Assembly (NCBI GenBank): GCA_043813365.1
Contig: JBDRLB010000050.1
Coordinates: 1 to 18,796, forward strand
Source: Candidatus Micrarchaeota archaeon
Lineage (GTDB): Archaea; Micrarchaeota; Micrarchaeia; Norongarragalinales; SBBD01
DNA length: 18,796 nucleotides
Direction: 5' to 3'
Shown: positions 1 through 9,400 of the stretch, one piece after another
Position numbering within the stretch: position 1 is the first letter of the stretch
Layout of the letters: the number at the start of each line of letters is the position of its first letter
Translations under genes and position numbers: made by a program
The notes under the pieces: generated by a model
What the model was told of the DNA's origin: nothing
What the model saw: only the letters and a program-made list of their open reading frames with translations
Database searches by the model: none

Positions 1-12
1 ATACAGACAACC

Positions 13-54
13 TCGGCGGCGAAGCTACGGCCCCGTAAGGGGCCTCGCCGCCGA
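13..54. repeat. GC-rich hairpin (10-bp stem, 6-nt bulge, 6-bp stem, GTAA tetraloop)
   Basis: tcggcggcga (13-22) is the reverse complement of tcgccgccga (45-54); inner ggcccc-gtaa-ggggcc (29-44). Confidence 0.85.
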
Positions 55-88
55 ATCAATAACGCTCGCGCTGAAGAAAAAGAAATGT

Positions 89-128
89 GCTGATTCATCC
101 GTCGTTTGAAAGCGACGGATTTCTCAGC
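89..128. mobile_element. Hairpin resembling an IS200/IS605-family subterminal end; any element body would lie outside the window
   Basis: gctga-ttc-atccgtcg-tttgaaag-cgacggat-ttc-tcagc is an imperfect palindrome with the GATTCATCC...TGAAAG...TTTCTC layout I recall from IS200/IS605 ends. No transposase is visible in the window. Confidence 0.45.
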
Positions 129-258
129 CTAAGGTATTAAATCTCGCTGAAATCGCTTAACCTGGCAATTCAAAAAGTTAAATCTTCCTTAATGGTATAA
201 CAATACTTGGTGCTTTTGCACTTTGGAAAGCACAATTTTCACGAAAAAAGCAAGGAGA

Positions 259-268
259 GTTTATAAAC
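259..268. promoter_or_regulatory. Palindromic TATA-box candidate
   Basis: gtttataaac matches the archaeal TTTATA(A) box on both strands and is preceded by a purine-rich run on the + strand. Confidence 0.4.
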
Positions 269-293
269 CTTTTCGAGGTATCTACTTTCCCTT

Positions 294-416
294 TTTTGGA
301 ATGTGGGAAATATTTTTTGTTTCGAAGAGCTGGGTGGGACCTGGTTTTTTGAATGCTGGCGGATGCAAAGAGTTTTCATCTGCCACAAAAGTTCCCGCAT
401 TTTGGAATTTGGGAAA
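294..416 (+). repeat. 17-bp direct repeat ttttggaatNtgggaaa (294-310 and 400-416)
   Basis: 16/17 identical and 106 bp apart; each copy closes a small ttccc...gggaa inverted repeat. Confidence 0.7.
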
Positions 417-573
417 GAGAGGGTAAATTTCCGAAAGTGGGTTTGAGGGACAATTGCCTGGCCGGAGTGGGTCTGGTTATACGATTGTTTTGAAGCATCC
501 GCATCTCCGTTTTGCAAGGAGTGCCACGCTTCTCCATAAAACTTGCTTTAGGGGAAAAGAGTGTGGTGTCAGT

Positions 574-1050
574 ATGCAGGATATTGGTTTAGCGGAGCAG
601 CTTGCGGACATGGTTTTCAAGCCTAAAACTCCAAGCATCGCGCCTTTCAGGGGCGCAACTTTGACGGTGCTGCGTTACTTGTTCATCAATGGGAACGGGT
701 ATTCGGCGCAGATTGCAAAGCACTGCAAAATAACTGCTGCAAGGAGCTGCCAGGTGCTCAACGAGCTGGAGGGGAAGGGGATAATCGAGAGCTCGAATAA
801 GGAGGGAGACTGCACGTATTGTGCCGGAACCGGAAGGAAGAATTACGGAACAGCAGTTGCGCAATGCATCTACTGCACCGGAAGCGGGAAATTGAAGGTT
901 AAAACTTACCCGATTGTTTACAGGATATCGGAGAACTCGAGGCCGGCGATTTTCAACATCTTCAACGCGATTTACGAGATAAATAGGAACGCGGCGGAAA
1001 AGGCGGAAATCGGGAAGCAGGCTATAGAGAATAGCGCAAAAATCGGTTGA
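574..1050 (+). CDS. Winged helix-turn-helix protein with a DnaJ-type CxxCxGxG zinc finger inserted in the wing
   Basis: LTVLRYL...YSAQIAKHCKITAARSCQVLNELEGKGIIES is a wHTH pattern; CTYCAGTG and CIYCTGSG follow; IVYRISE is the last wing strand. ATG 574 (after ggtg) preferred over TTG 454. Confidence 0.75.
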   Translation: MQDIGLAEQLADMVFKPKTPSIAPFRGATLTVLRYLFINGNGYSAQIAKHCKITAARSCQVLNELEGKGIIESSNKEGDCTYCAGTGRKNYGTAVAQCIYCTGSGKLKVKTYPIVYRISENSRPAIFNIFNAIYEINRNAAEKAEIGKQAIENSAKIG

Positions 1051-1054
1051 TTAC

Positions 1055-1573
1055 ATGACAGAGCACAAGAAATGGTTCCTCGTATTTTATGACATCAAGG
1101 GCAGCAAGGCGTTTGCGAAAAGCACTTTCCGTAGCAAAATCTCGAGGGAATTCGCGAAAATCAGAATACTTCCTCTGCAGCAGTCCGTATGGGCAATTGA
1201 GGCGTCGGAGCAGAATCGTTCAACAGTCGACCGGATCGTGCAAATACTCAAGGCGCAGAATGCGAAGGTGCTTCTTTTCGAAGGGAACCCCATTCAGCCT
1301 TCAACGAATGATGATGTTGTGGAGATGATCGGCACTTTGGTGGATAGGAAATATGATTCCGTGAAAACTCAGATACTGGAGCTAAAATCAACTGTGAAGA
1401 AGGCGGAGAACCGGGAGAAGAGAAAGAATGAGTTTTCCCATGCAGCGTTAAGGCTGCGCCGGAAGTTCGATAAAATAGTAACGCTCGACCCGAGGGAGAT
1501 GATCTCGAACGACCGTTCCGTGACGGAAGGGGAATTCTTTTCGCTGGAAAAGGAGATAAATGAGATAGCTTAA
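1055..1573 (+). CDS. Cas2-like ferredoxin-fold protein of the PaaX-middle/ChrB N-terminal type, with a helical C-terminus
   Basis: KWFLVFYDI...R.KISREF.KI...LQQSVWAI motif, then a helical region ending RLRRKFDKIVTLD, resembling ChrB-N family proteins; starts 4 bp after the upstream stop. Confidence 0.65.
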   Translation: MTEHKKWFLVFYDIKGSKAFAKSTFRSKISREFAKIRILPLQQSVWAIEASEQNRSTVDRIVQILKAQNAKVLLFEGNPIQPSTNDDVVEMIGTLVDRKYDSVKTQILELKSTVKKAENREKRKNEFSHAALRLRRKFDKIVTLDPREMISNDRSVTEGEFFSLEKEINEIA

Positions 1574-1642
1574 TAAACTCCCTTTCTGGTATAATTATTG
1601 ATCGGGGATTTACAGCTCTATTTTCAAGAAGGGGGGATAGGT

Positions 1643-2602
1643 ATGCCGTATGGTGAGATGCAGTTGTTCGCCGGGAATTCGAATCCGCCGCTTGCTAAAG
1701 GGATCGCACAATACCTGAAGCTCAAATTGGGGAATGCGTATGTGAGCAAATTCGCTGACACGGAAGTTTCCGTGCAGATAAACCAGAGCATCAGGGGCGC
1801 TGATGTTTTCGTCATTCAGGGAATGCCAAAGCCCGTGAATGACAACCTCATGGAACTGCTGATCATGCTGGATGCATTCAAGCGCGCAAGCGCTAGCCGG
1901 ATCACCGCCGTGATTCCGTATTTCGGGTATGCAAGGCAGGACAGGAAGGCGCATCCGAGGGAGCCGATAACTGCCAAACTGGTCGCGGACCTGATTTCAA
2001 CTGCAGGCGCAAACAGGGTGATTTCAGTTGACCTGCACTCGGGGCAGATACAGGGGTTCTTCAATTTCCCGGTTGATAATCTGACAGGCATTTCACTTCT
2101 TGCCGAGGATTTCAAGAAGAGGAAGCTCAAGGACGTGACAGTTGTTTCCCCCGACGTAGGCGGGGTAGTAAGAGCAAGGGCGATGGCAAAGCTGCTGGGA
2201 GCGCCGCTTGCAATCATTGAAAAACGGAGGGAGAGGGCGAATCAATCTGAAGTGCTCAATGTGATTGGTGACGTGGATGGAAAGGCATGCGTGCTGATTG
2301 ATGATATAATAGATACGGCCGGGACTATTTGCAACGGTGCGGAAGCGTTGAAGCAGAAGGGCGCGAAAAGAGTATTCGCATATGGAACGCACGGGGTATT
2401 TTCCGGCACAGCCATTGATAAGCTCAAGCGCTCGGTAATAGAGGAAGTTGTCGTTACTAATTCCATCCCGCTGCCGCAGAATGCGCAGAGCCTGAAAAAA
2501 ATCCGGCAGATTTCAGTTGCGGAACTGATAGGCGAGGCGATACGGTGGACGCACATGGACCAATCAATTTCCTCGCTGTTCAAGGATATTGGGAAAGTGT
2601 AG
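1643..2602 (+). CDS. prs: Ribose-phosphate pyrophosphokinase (PRPP synthetase), class I-like
   Basis: PYFGYARQDRK, DLHSGQIQGFF, VSPDVGG, LIDDIIDTAGT (PRPP-binding loop) and THGVFSG motifs; G-rich RBS before ATG 1643. Confidence 0.97.
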   Translation: MPYGEMQLFAGNSNPPLAKGIAQYLKLKLGNAYVSKFADTEVSVQINQSIRGADVFVIQGMPKPVNDNLMELLIMLDAFKRASASRITAVIPYFGYARQDRKAHPREPITAKLVADLISTAGANRVISVDLHSGQIQGFFNFPVDNLTGISLLAEDFKKRKLKDVTVVSPDVGGVVRARAMAKLLGAPLAIIEKRRERANQSEVLNVIGDVDGKACVLIDDIIDTAGTICNGAEALKQKGAKRVFAYGTHGVFSGTAIDKLKRSVIEEVVVTNSIPLPQNAQSLKKIRQISVAELIGEAIRWTHMDQSISSLFKDIGKV

Positions 2603-2625
2603 GGAGGAAGGAAAAAGGCAAAATC

Positions 2626-5600
2626 CTATTCGCATTTTTCCCCTGCTTCAATTATCTGTTCGTTCTTATTGCGGAATAGGAGGAAATACGCACCTCCAAT
2701 GAGAAGCGCTAAAGAGGGCAACGCGTACGGGGTGGGATCGAATTTTTCCTCCGCCTTAGGCTGCAGGTTCATCAAGTTAAGGGATTTTGCCAGCATGTAG
2801 GCGGAGAAATAATTTTCAGAATCCAGGAGATCCTGCGCCTTTTGGAAGTCGGCATTTAATGAGTCATCACCGAATTGCTGCTGCCTTTTTGTCGCTTCGG
2901 TAAATTCAGCTTCTGCAAGCGATATTATTTCCGAATTGGATGCCTCAAGGATCACAAGGAAGGATAGCCCGGCTTCCATCTTGGTCTTTATCAGCGCGGC
3001 GGAATATTTGGCGGAATCGTTAATCTGGAGCGAATTGTCGACAAGCGCAAGCTCCTTCAGCATTTTTTCCAAATCCGTTTTTGCGGCAGATCCTTCCTTG
3101 TAGGAATCATAATATTTCAGCGATTTTGAATCCTGCTCGTTTGCGGAGAAAAAAAGGTTAAAATCGGATATTGCACTCTCGCCTCCGGTTTTCAATTCCA
3201 AATAACCGGAAAAAGCATCCAGTTTTGAGGTGACAAGCATTGCTTCGGCATAAAGCTTCGATTCAAATGCATTGTCGAGCTTCATCGCCTCCTTGACTCC
3301 CCCCAGATAGTCCTTGGAAAGCAGCCTTATGGAGAGCGATTGAAGCGAATCCAGCATTCCGGAATCGCATCCCGCCTTGCATTTTTTCCTTGCTGTTTCA
3401 AGCTTGTCGGAAAGGAATTGTTCAACATCCTTTTCCGCGGAGGAAAGCATCTGCTCCGCTTCCTTCGCATTTCCCCCGCCAATCATCGAGGAAATTCTTG
3501 TGCATTCCGAATTCAGCTTGAGGCCGAACTCCCTTTCATAATTCTCCTGAAGCATGAATTGAGCGATCTGGCATATTGAGTTTAGGCGCGTGTTCGATGC
3601 GGATGAGGAAGAGGGGGATGATTGCTGGTTCAGGAAGGAAAGCACGGCCGCATAGTTGCCTTCGGAGAGCTGTTGTTTTGCGGCCTCAAGCGCAATGGTT
3701 TCAGCAAGCGACCGGGAGCCAGTGATGTTCCGCAGGCTGCTTGAAATAATGCTGCTTATTTTGTTGTTGCAGATGAGCTTAAGCGAGAGCCTTTTCTGCT
3801 GCCCTTTCTTCCACTCTTTTGCGGAAAGGGAAAATGAGAGGAAATTCCCCCTTGAGGAATCAGTGAATGTGAAATCCGACTGCTGGACAAGCACTTTCGC
3901 AATTTCGCACTCTGTATAAGCGGAAAAATCGAGCTTTGCGGAAGGAATATCCAGCTTCGCGCTTTCATATGAGAAATCATACAGCAAAGCATCCTCCGAG
4001 GAGGATTTTTCTATTGAAAGGGAAAAGGGCTCTGGAATTTCAAATCCGATGGAGAGCGAGTTCTTCCCTTCGGGGGCATCAGCGATTAATATTAGATTTT
4101 CAGACGAGTAGGACTTTTCGAAAGGATGTGGGTAATCAACGACGAAATCTTTGGAAAGAAGCGGCACTTCGATCAGCAATTTTGAGGTGCGGGTAGTATT
4201 TAAATCAAAGGAAATGCTTTTACGCACGGAATCGAAATTCGCCTGCTCCGCAATTTCCTTTTTTTCAACAAGCTCGTTTGCAACCATATCAAATTCCAAT
4301 ATGGCAAAATACTCGGTTACATCGGATTCGATGGCGAGGAAAACGTCACTACCGGTTTTTTCAATGAACAAGCCTGGCGTCGAATTCAATAGCCGGCAAT
4401 TTGAGGGCACGGGCAGCTTCAGCCGGATTCCTATGGCATCGAATTGCATCTGGTTTTCAAATGAAATAAATGCCGTGAATTTTACCGGCTCACCGAACCC
4501 TGCGGGCTGGGATATTTCCCTTATAAGCATATTTCCCTCGAGATTAGCTTTTACGAGCTGGGGCATGCGGATTTCAAGCTCCTCCGATTTCCGCAGCACG
4601 AAAGCCTCTAACTCCTTCATGCTGCCCAGAGCAGATTCAAAATCGATGCCGGAGCCGTCAATGAATTTCGCATAGCTTTCCAGCTTCAGCCTGTCGCTTG
4701 AGGGAAGGTAATCCTTCAAAGAGTCCAGCTCGAAAAACATCCTCTCCGCATCGGAGTATTTTTCAGACGCTTTGGCTAGTATGGAGCTGCGCATTCCGTC
4801 AAGGTCAGCCTCATTTTCCGCTACGAGTTTCCCATTCCTGCGGATTTCGTCGCCAGAAAGGGTTGCCTTTATGGCTTTGAGCTGTTCCCTCTCCTCGAAA
4901 ACTGCAAGCCCGTCTTTCTCTGCCTTGGAGAGAAGCGCATCGGTCTCCTTAACCCTGCCCATCAGGGAAGAAATTTTTTCTGCGAGGAAATCCGTTGCTT
5001 CGGAATAAATTAGCATTTCCTCAAGCAGTTCGAGCATTTTTTGCAGATGGTTGATCCGTTCTCCGATCTCCGAAATGCCTGCTTTGTTTTCCTTCAGCTT
5101 TCCGTACTCCTGCATCCTTTGCTCCAGGTAATCATAAACAAGGGGTTCCTCCTCCTTCAAGCGCATCCGTTTCAGTATTGCGTTTTCAGCAGCTTCGACT
5201 TCCACAAGCAGCTTAATTTCAATCTGCTTTGCAAGGGAGAGCGATTCGTCCGCCTCGGAGCTTGCTGTTCCAAGCATGTAAATGGCTTCCTGTTCCTTGT
5301 AGAAGGAAAACGCAACGTAACCGCGCTTCTTTGCGGAGTATTCCCGTTCCGACTCCAAGTGCATGAATTTTGCCTTTTTAATTAGAAGCTCTATTTCAGT
5401 TGCCGAATCATAGAAATGCCCCCCGAATAGGTTTTCCGATGGCGCATAAGCAATTGCAGCCGCGCGTATGGAAGGAAGCTTTTCCCCCTTCATCTTATCC
5501 AAGAGGCCTTCCGTTTCAAATAGCATCAAAGGATAGGTGCGGGAAGCGTTCAGAAGGAAATTTTCCATATGGTACATGGCAGCGTCTGTTTCCCTTTCAA

Positions 5601-6249
5601 AATGCACCAAACTGCCCAAGGCGCCTTTCTCATCAAGGATTTCTGCAATGTAATCGTAATTCTGGTCGCTTGAAGGGAACACATTCCAGAATGCGGAGAG
5701 CTTTTTTGAGGAGGAAATTACGCTTTTTGGGAGCTCATTTTCCGCATTCATGGAGGTAATTTCCCGCTCATAGATGGCTTTTTGGTCCGAAATTCCTGCT
5801 GAAAACGAGTATTCGTCGCCCTGCATCAAATCGAGCTTGCTGAATTTCTCATCAGTTGTCTTGAAAATCGCCTTTACTGCTGCAGAGGCATGGTTTAAGC
5901 TCGAAACGCCGTAAAAATGGCAGACGTAATTGATGAATGTTGCAGGCAGAATCGCAGCATCGGACGCACCGGGGAAGATGTTTTTTGCATTCCGTGCAGT
6001 CCGGAGGTCACGGAGAGCTGCATCGTAATTTTCAAGTACGGATGCATCATCCTGGGGGATAAGTGATCTTTCAACGGGTTTGAGGTTAAAATCAATACCG
6101 CCGCAGCCGGGGAATGTGAACAGGTAGGAGTATAAGGAAAACGACTGGCTTTCGGGGAAGAGGTAGTCGAATTGAGTAAAAGCAGCAGAAGGGAATGCAA
6201 GCAATATGGGCAATAAAATCAGGCGAAGGCGCATATTTTCCAACCACAT
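2626..6249 (-). CDS. Large secreted, C-terminally membrane-anchored protein, mostly alpha-helical/coiled-coil with a central beta-rich region; function unknown
   Basis: 1207-aa ORF; signal-like MRLRLILLPILLAFPSAAF (alternative start 6234); E/K/L-rich helical stretches; C-terminal TM ALPSLALLIGGAYFLLF followed by RNK. Confidence 0.85.
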   Translation of the reverse strand: MWLENMRLRLILLPILLAFPSAAFTQFDYLFPESQSFSLYSYLFTFPGCGGIDFNLKPVERSLIPQDDASVLENYDAALRDLRTARNAKNIFPGASDAAILPATFINYVCHFYGVSSLNHASAAVKAIFKTTDEKFSKLDLMQGDEYSFSAGISDQKAIYEREITSMNAENELPKSVISSSKKLSAFWNVFPSSDQNYDYIAEILDEKGALGSLVHFERETDAAMYHMENFLLNASRTYPLMLFETEGLLDKMKGEKLPSIRAAAIAYAPSENLFGGHFYDSATEIELLIKKAKFMHLESEREYSAKKRGYVAFSFYKEQEAIYMLGTASSEADESLSLAKQIEIKLLVEVEAAENAILKRMRLKEEEPLVYDYLEQRMQEYGKLKENKAGISEIGERINHLQKMLELLEEMLIYSEATDFLAEKISSLMGRVKETDALLSKAEKDGLAVFEEREQLKAIKATLSGDEIRRNGKLVAENEADLDGMRSSILAKASEKYSDAERMFFELDSLKDYLPSSDRLKLESYAKFIDGSGIDFESALGSMKELEAFVLRKSEELEIRMPQLVKANLEGNMLIREISQPAGFGEPVKFTAFISFENQMQFDAIGIRLKLPVPSNCRLLNSTPGLFIEKTGSDVFLAIESDVTEYFAILEFDMVANELVEKKEIAEQANFDSVRKSISFDLNTTRTSKLLIEVPLLSKDFVVDYPHPFEKSYSSENLILIADAPEGKNSLSIGFEIPEPFSLSIEKSSSEDALLYDFSYESAKLDIPSAKLDFSAYTECEIAKVLVQQSDFTFTDSSRGNFLSFSLSAKEWKKGQQKRLSLKLICNNKISSIISSSLRNITGSRSLAETIALEAAKQQLSEGNYAAVLSFLNQQSSPSSSSASNTRLNSICQIAQFMLQENYEREFGLKLNSECTRISSMIGGGNAKEAEQMLSSAEKDVEQFLSDKLETARKKCKAGCDSGMLDSLQSLSIRLLSKDYLGGVKEAMKLDNAFESKLYAEAMLVTSKLDAFSGYLELKTGGESAISDFNLFFSANEQDSKSLKYYDSYKEGSAAKTDLEKMLKELALVDNSLQINDSAKYSAALIKTKMEAGLSFLVILEASNSEIISLAEAEFTEATKRQQQFGDDSLNADFQKAQDLLDSENYFSAYMLAKSLNLMNLQPKAEEKFDPTPYALPSLALLIGGAYFLLFRNKNEQIIEAGEKCE

Positions 6250-6424
6250 GCCCCCACATCAGTTTTTTTGGGGAACGGAGTATATATTTTTTGGGTAGAG
6301 AAATAATCAAAACAGGGTTGATAATTTTTCAGTAGAGGGCACACGGAAGGGCAGCATCCCCCTTTAGTTGGCCATTTAAAATAAGCCGCAGTATTTATTT
6401 TCGTCTTCATTAAGAGGGGGGCGG
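6250..6424. promoter_or_regulatory. Divergent promoter region between the two large surface-protein genes
   Basis: tatatat run at ~6281-6287 about 30 bp upstream of the minus-strand ATG; tttaaaata at ~6375-6383 and a gaggggg RBS before ATG 6425. Confidence 0.55.
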
Positions 6425-9400
6425 ATGGACTTTAAGGGAATAACGGTAGTTTTAGTTGTCTTTGCATGCCTAGCCCAGCTGGCAGAAGCGGCTGTAGTGG
6501 TGAGGCAATACAATTCATCGGATTACGTGCTGAAAGCAGGGAGTGTGAGCGCGGGCAGTCTGGAAAACACGTTCGTGAGTGATACATCAACTTTCGACAT
6601 TTGGGATGTCCATGTTGCCAGCTCTTACGGAATGGTTGCCTTTCAGCTCAGCGCAAGTGCAACAACTGCCCAATACCAAGAATGGATGAAGACCGGATGG
6701 ACAGGTACAGCAGCTGCAAGCACTCCGGCAGTGACGCCCGGAACCATACAATTTTCCAGGGTGCGGTCGAGCCCAACGAGGAATGAGTACATGCTGGTAA
6801 CACTTGACTCAAACTCGGACATAGACGCGCAGATATGGAACGGATTGGGATGGGGAGCAACCACTGAAATGACTGCTACAGCTGCAATCGCAACCAGGGA
6901 TGTCTTTGATATCGCATACGAGCGGAACAGTGAAAGGGCATTAGTAGTATGGGGGAACACAACTGCCCAAAGAATTGAATACAACATTTGGAATGGCATT
7001 GGTTGGGCGGGCAAAAAGGGGCTTTCGATCGGCACCGCAGGCGTCACGAATCGCATTCTGGACCTTTATCCGCAAGAGAATAGCAACAACATCATGCTGT
7101 TGCTGTCCGATGGCAGTGCTACGCCCGATCTCTACGCAATTATGTGGAACGGGACGGATTTCGATATAAACACCCAGGTTCGGCTTACTACGGAACTGGA
7201 TACTACGAGTGATTACCAAGGATACTGGGGAGTATGGGAAGAGGAAAGCGGGGATTTCAATGCATTCTACGGGGAGGACGCGCAGCTCACGATTTTCAGG
7301 CGCTCTTTCGAAGGCGGCTCGTGGACTGGCTCGCAAGCAGGTGCAAGCGGAGGGGACGGGGACATCAGGTTCGTAAGGGCTTCGACCTTTCCGGGAACCG
7401 ATTCGCAAATGGTATGCTGGAAGGAATGGACTGCTGGGGACGTCGTATGCCAATACTGGAATGGCACGGATTTCAGGGGCACTGCATCCGAGGACACAAC
7501 GGAAATCGGGCAGGTCGGAAGGAATTTCGACGTAGGGTACCTCTCAAGCACTAGCGGTGGGTTCATAATGATGTACGGGGACCTGAATGACGACTGGTAC
7601 GACTTCATGGTATGCACTTCAGCTGCGAATTGCGACGCGGGGACTTGGGAGGCAAGGACACTTTGGAGCACAACACAACTTGGCGGAACCGACACCAGAT
7701 GGGGAAAGCTGTTCGAGGACCCCTATAATCCAGGAAATCTGACGCTATTAGGCGTGTCCCAAACAGCTGCTGGAGGATGGCTCCGTGCCAGGATATATTG
7801 TGACGCCAGCGCATGCGAGGTGGCGGAAGGCTGGACAGGGTTTGGCGCAACTTCTTCCGCAGTATACGACGTGGCATCGTTCACGTTCGATAAGCATGAT
7901 TTCTACAGATCCCAGATTTGGCACAATTCCACCGCAACTGAGGGAAACGCGCGTGATTTTTTGAACGTAACTGCCAGGATTTCGTCAACCGTAACTGCAA
8001 ATTACTCCCTGAACATCTACGATTGGGTTGGCAATAGCTGGAGCATTTGCAGGGAAGAGGAGATCACAGCAGCGAGTTATGCAACATTGATGTGCAACAT
8101 CACCTCGGGCATTGCGAATTACCGTTCAAGTGATTCCGACAAGTTCATCAGGATTGCCGTGAACGGAACAAAAAACCACACCATCAGGGGCTACTTGAAC
8201 GAGGATTTCCTGCAATTCTACATGGACACCTCGGATGACCCGCCCTATTTCGACACCAGAAGTGCCACGTACGGAATAACCAACAGCACCCCCCAGCCGA
8301 ACCAGAATGTGAGCTTATACTCCCTCTGGTATGACGCCTTGGGGCTGAACCGTTTCTGGCTGTCGCATAATGCATCTGGGTCATTTGAAAACCTTACGGA
8401 TGACCTTTTCGGCGCATCAAACAATTCGTGGGCGAATTACTCGTTTATTATCCCCAATTCCAGCGAGGGAGGTCAGTTCGTTGCGAGGGTATTTGCCAGC
8501 GACTCCGCGAACCAGGAAAATTCGACCTTCGATTTCGTGATTTCGGTTCAAAATGTCGATCCAGGGATAGATGATGCATCCCTGAATGAGAGCATGCTCG
8601 TAATTTTTAATTCTGTTTGCGCGAACGCGACTGCATCCGACTTGGGGGCGGGAATCAGCAGCATTTGGGCGCAGTTCACCTATCCGAATACGACATATGC
8701 AAACATTACGCTCGGCGACACCGGATGCAATGCGGGAGATTGGGATGATGGCTGGTACGGGGCACTGATAAACGTATCCGATTTTGCGGGAAATCTCACG
8801 TTGACAAGGATATTCGCTGTGGATGGGAAAGGAAACGCGAATTCGAAGGTTCTCTCTCCCCAGCCTTACACGGAAGTAATATACCCTCCCAACCCAATTG
8901 GAGGGAGCAACTATTATGTCGGGTTTTACGGGAATGCGGAAAACCGCATATCGGGCTCGGAGGATAACGTAAACATCTACCGGACGGAATTTCTCAATGG
9001 GTCGATATATGTAGCACAACAAGGAGCATCAATCTCATGGTCAAAGCTAAAGGCTGCAAATAATATTTCAGACATGCAGGCAATGGATGCGGATTTAGGG
9101 CTAACTTTGCCCATTGACAAATTAGAAACATACTTCAAGCAGAATGAATCTCTTGCGCCTCCAGTAAGGAATGGGATGGCATCCTTCCAAATAAGCGCAG
9201 CACCAACGGTTGCAAGCATACAGGAATGGCAAGGAAGCGGTTGGAGTGCGACAACTTATGCAAACCAGCCTCCAGTGACACCAGGAACAGTTCAGCTCAC
9301 GAGGATCAGGTCGGCCCCAACTAGGAATGAAAAAATTCTGATGACGCTTGACTCGAATTCGGACATAGATGCGCAAGTTTGGAATGGAACGCAATGGAGC

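Noticed and set aside
13..80. Fluoride (crcB) riboswitch
   Set aside because: Only superficial ggcga...tcgcc...aacgct...gctga similarity; it lacks the GAUG/GAUGAC core and pseudoknot, and no fluoride gene follows.
1..109. 3' end of a CDS entering the window
   Set aside because: Two plus-strand frames stay open for ~30-35 codons but show no identifiable motif; this cannot be decided without upstream sequence.
200..445. Canonical ORB replication origin
   Set aside because: The repeats do not match TTCCAGTGGAAA with a G-string, and no orc1/cdc6 is in the window; kept only as an alternative reading.
223..517. ORFs 223-426 (+), 239-517 (-) and the 454-573 N-terminal extension
   Set aside because: No recognisable motifs, weak starts and mutual overlap; better explained as non-coding.
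1055..1573. Bona fide cas2 / CRISPR-Cas locus
   Set aside because: No repeat-spacer array or other cas genes are present; the protein is too long for Cas2 and has a ChrB/PaaX-like helical extension.
6629..7897. Intein as the explanation for the inserted module
   Set aside because: No terminal His-Asn followed by Cys/Ser/Thr, and no Hint or LAGLIDADG motifs; the content is extracellular propeller-like.
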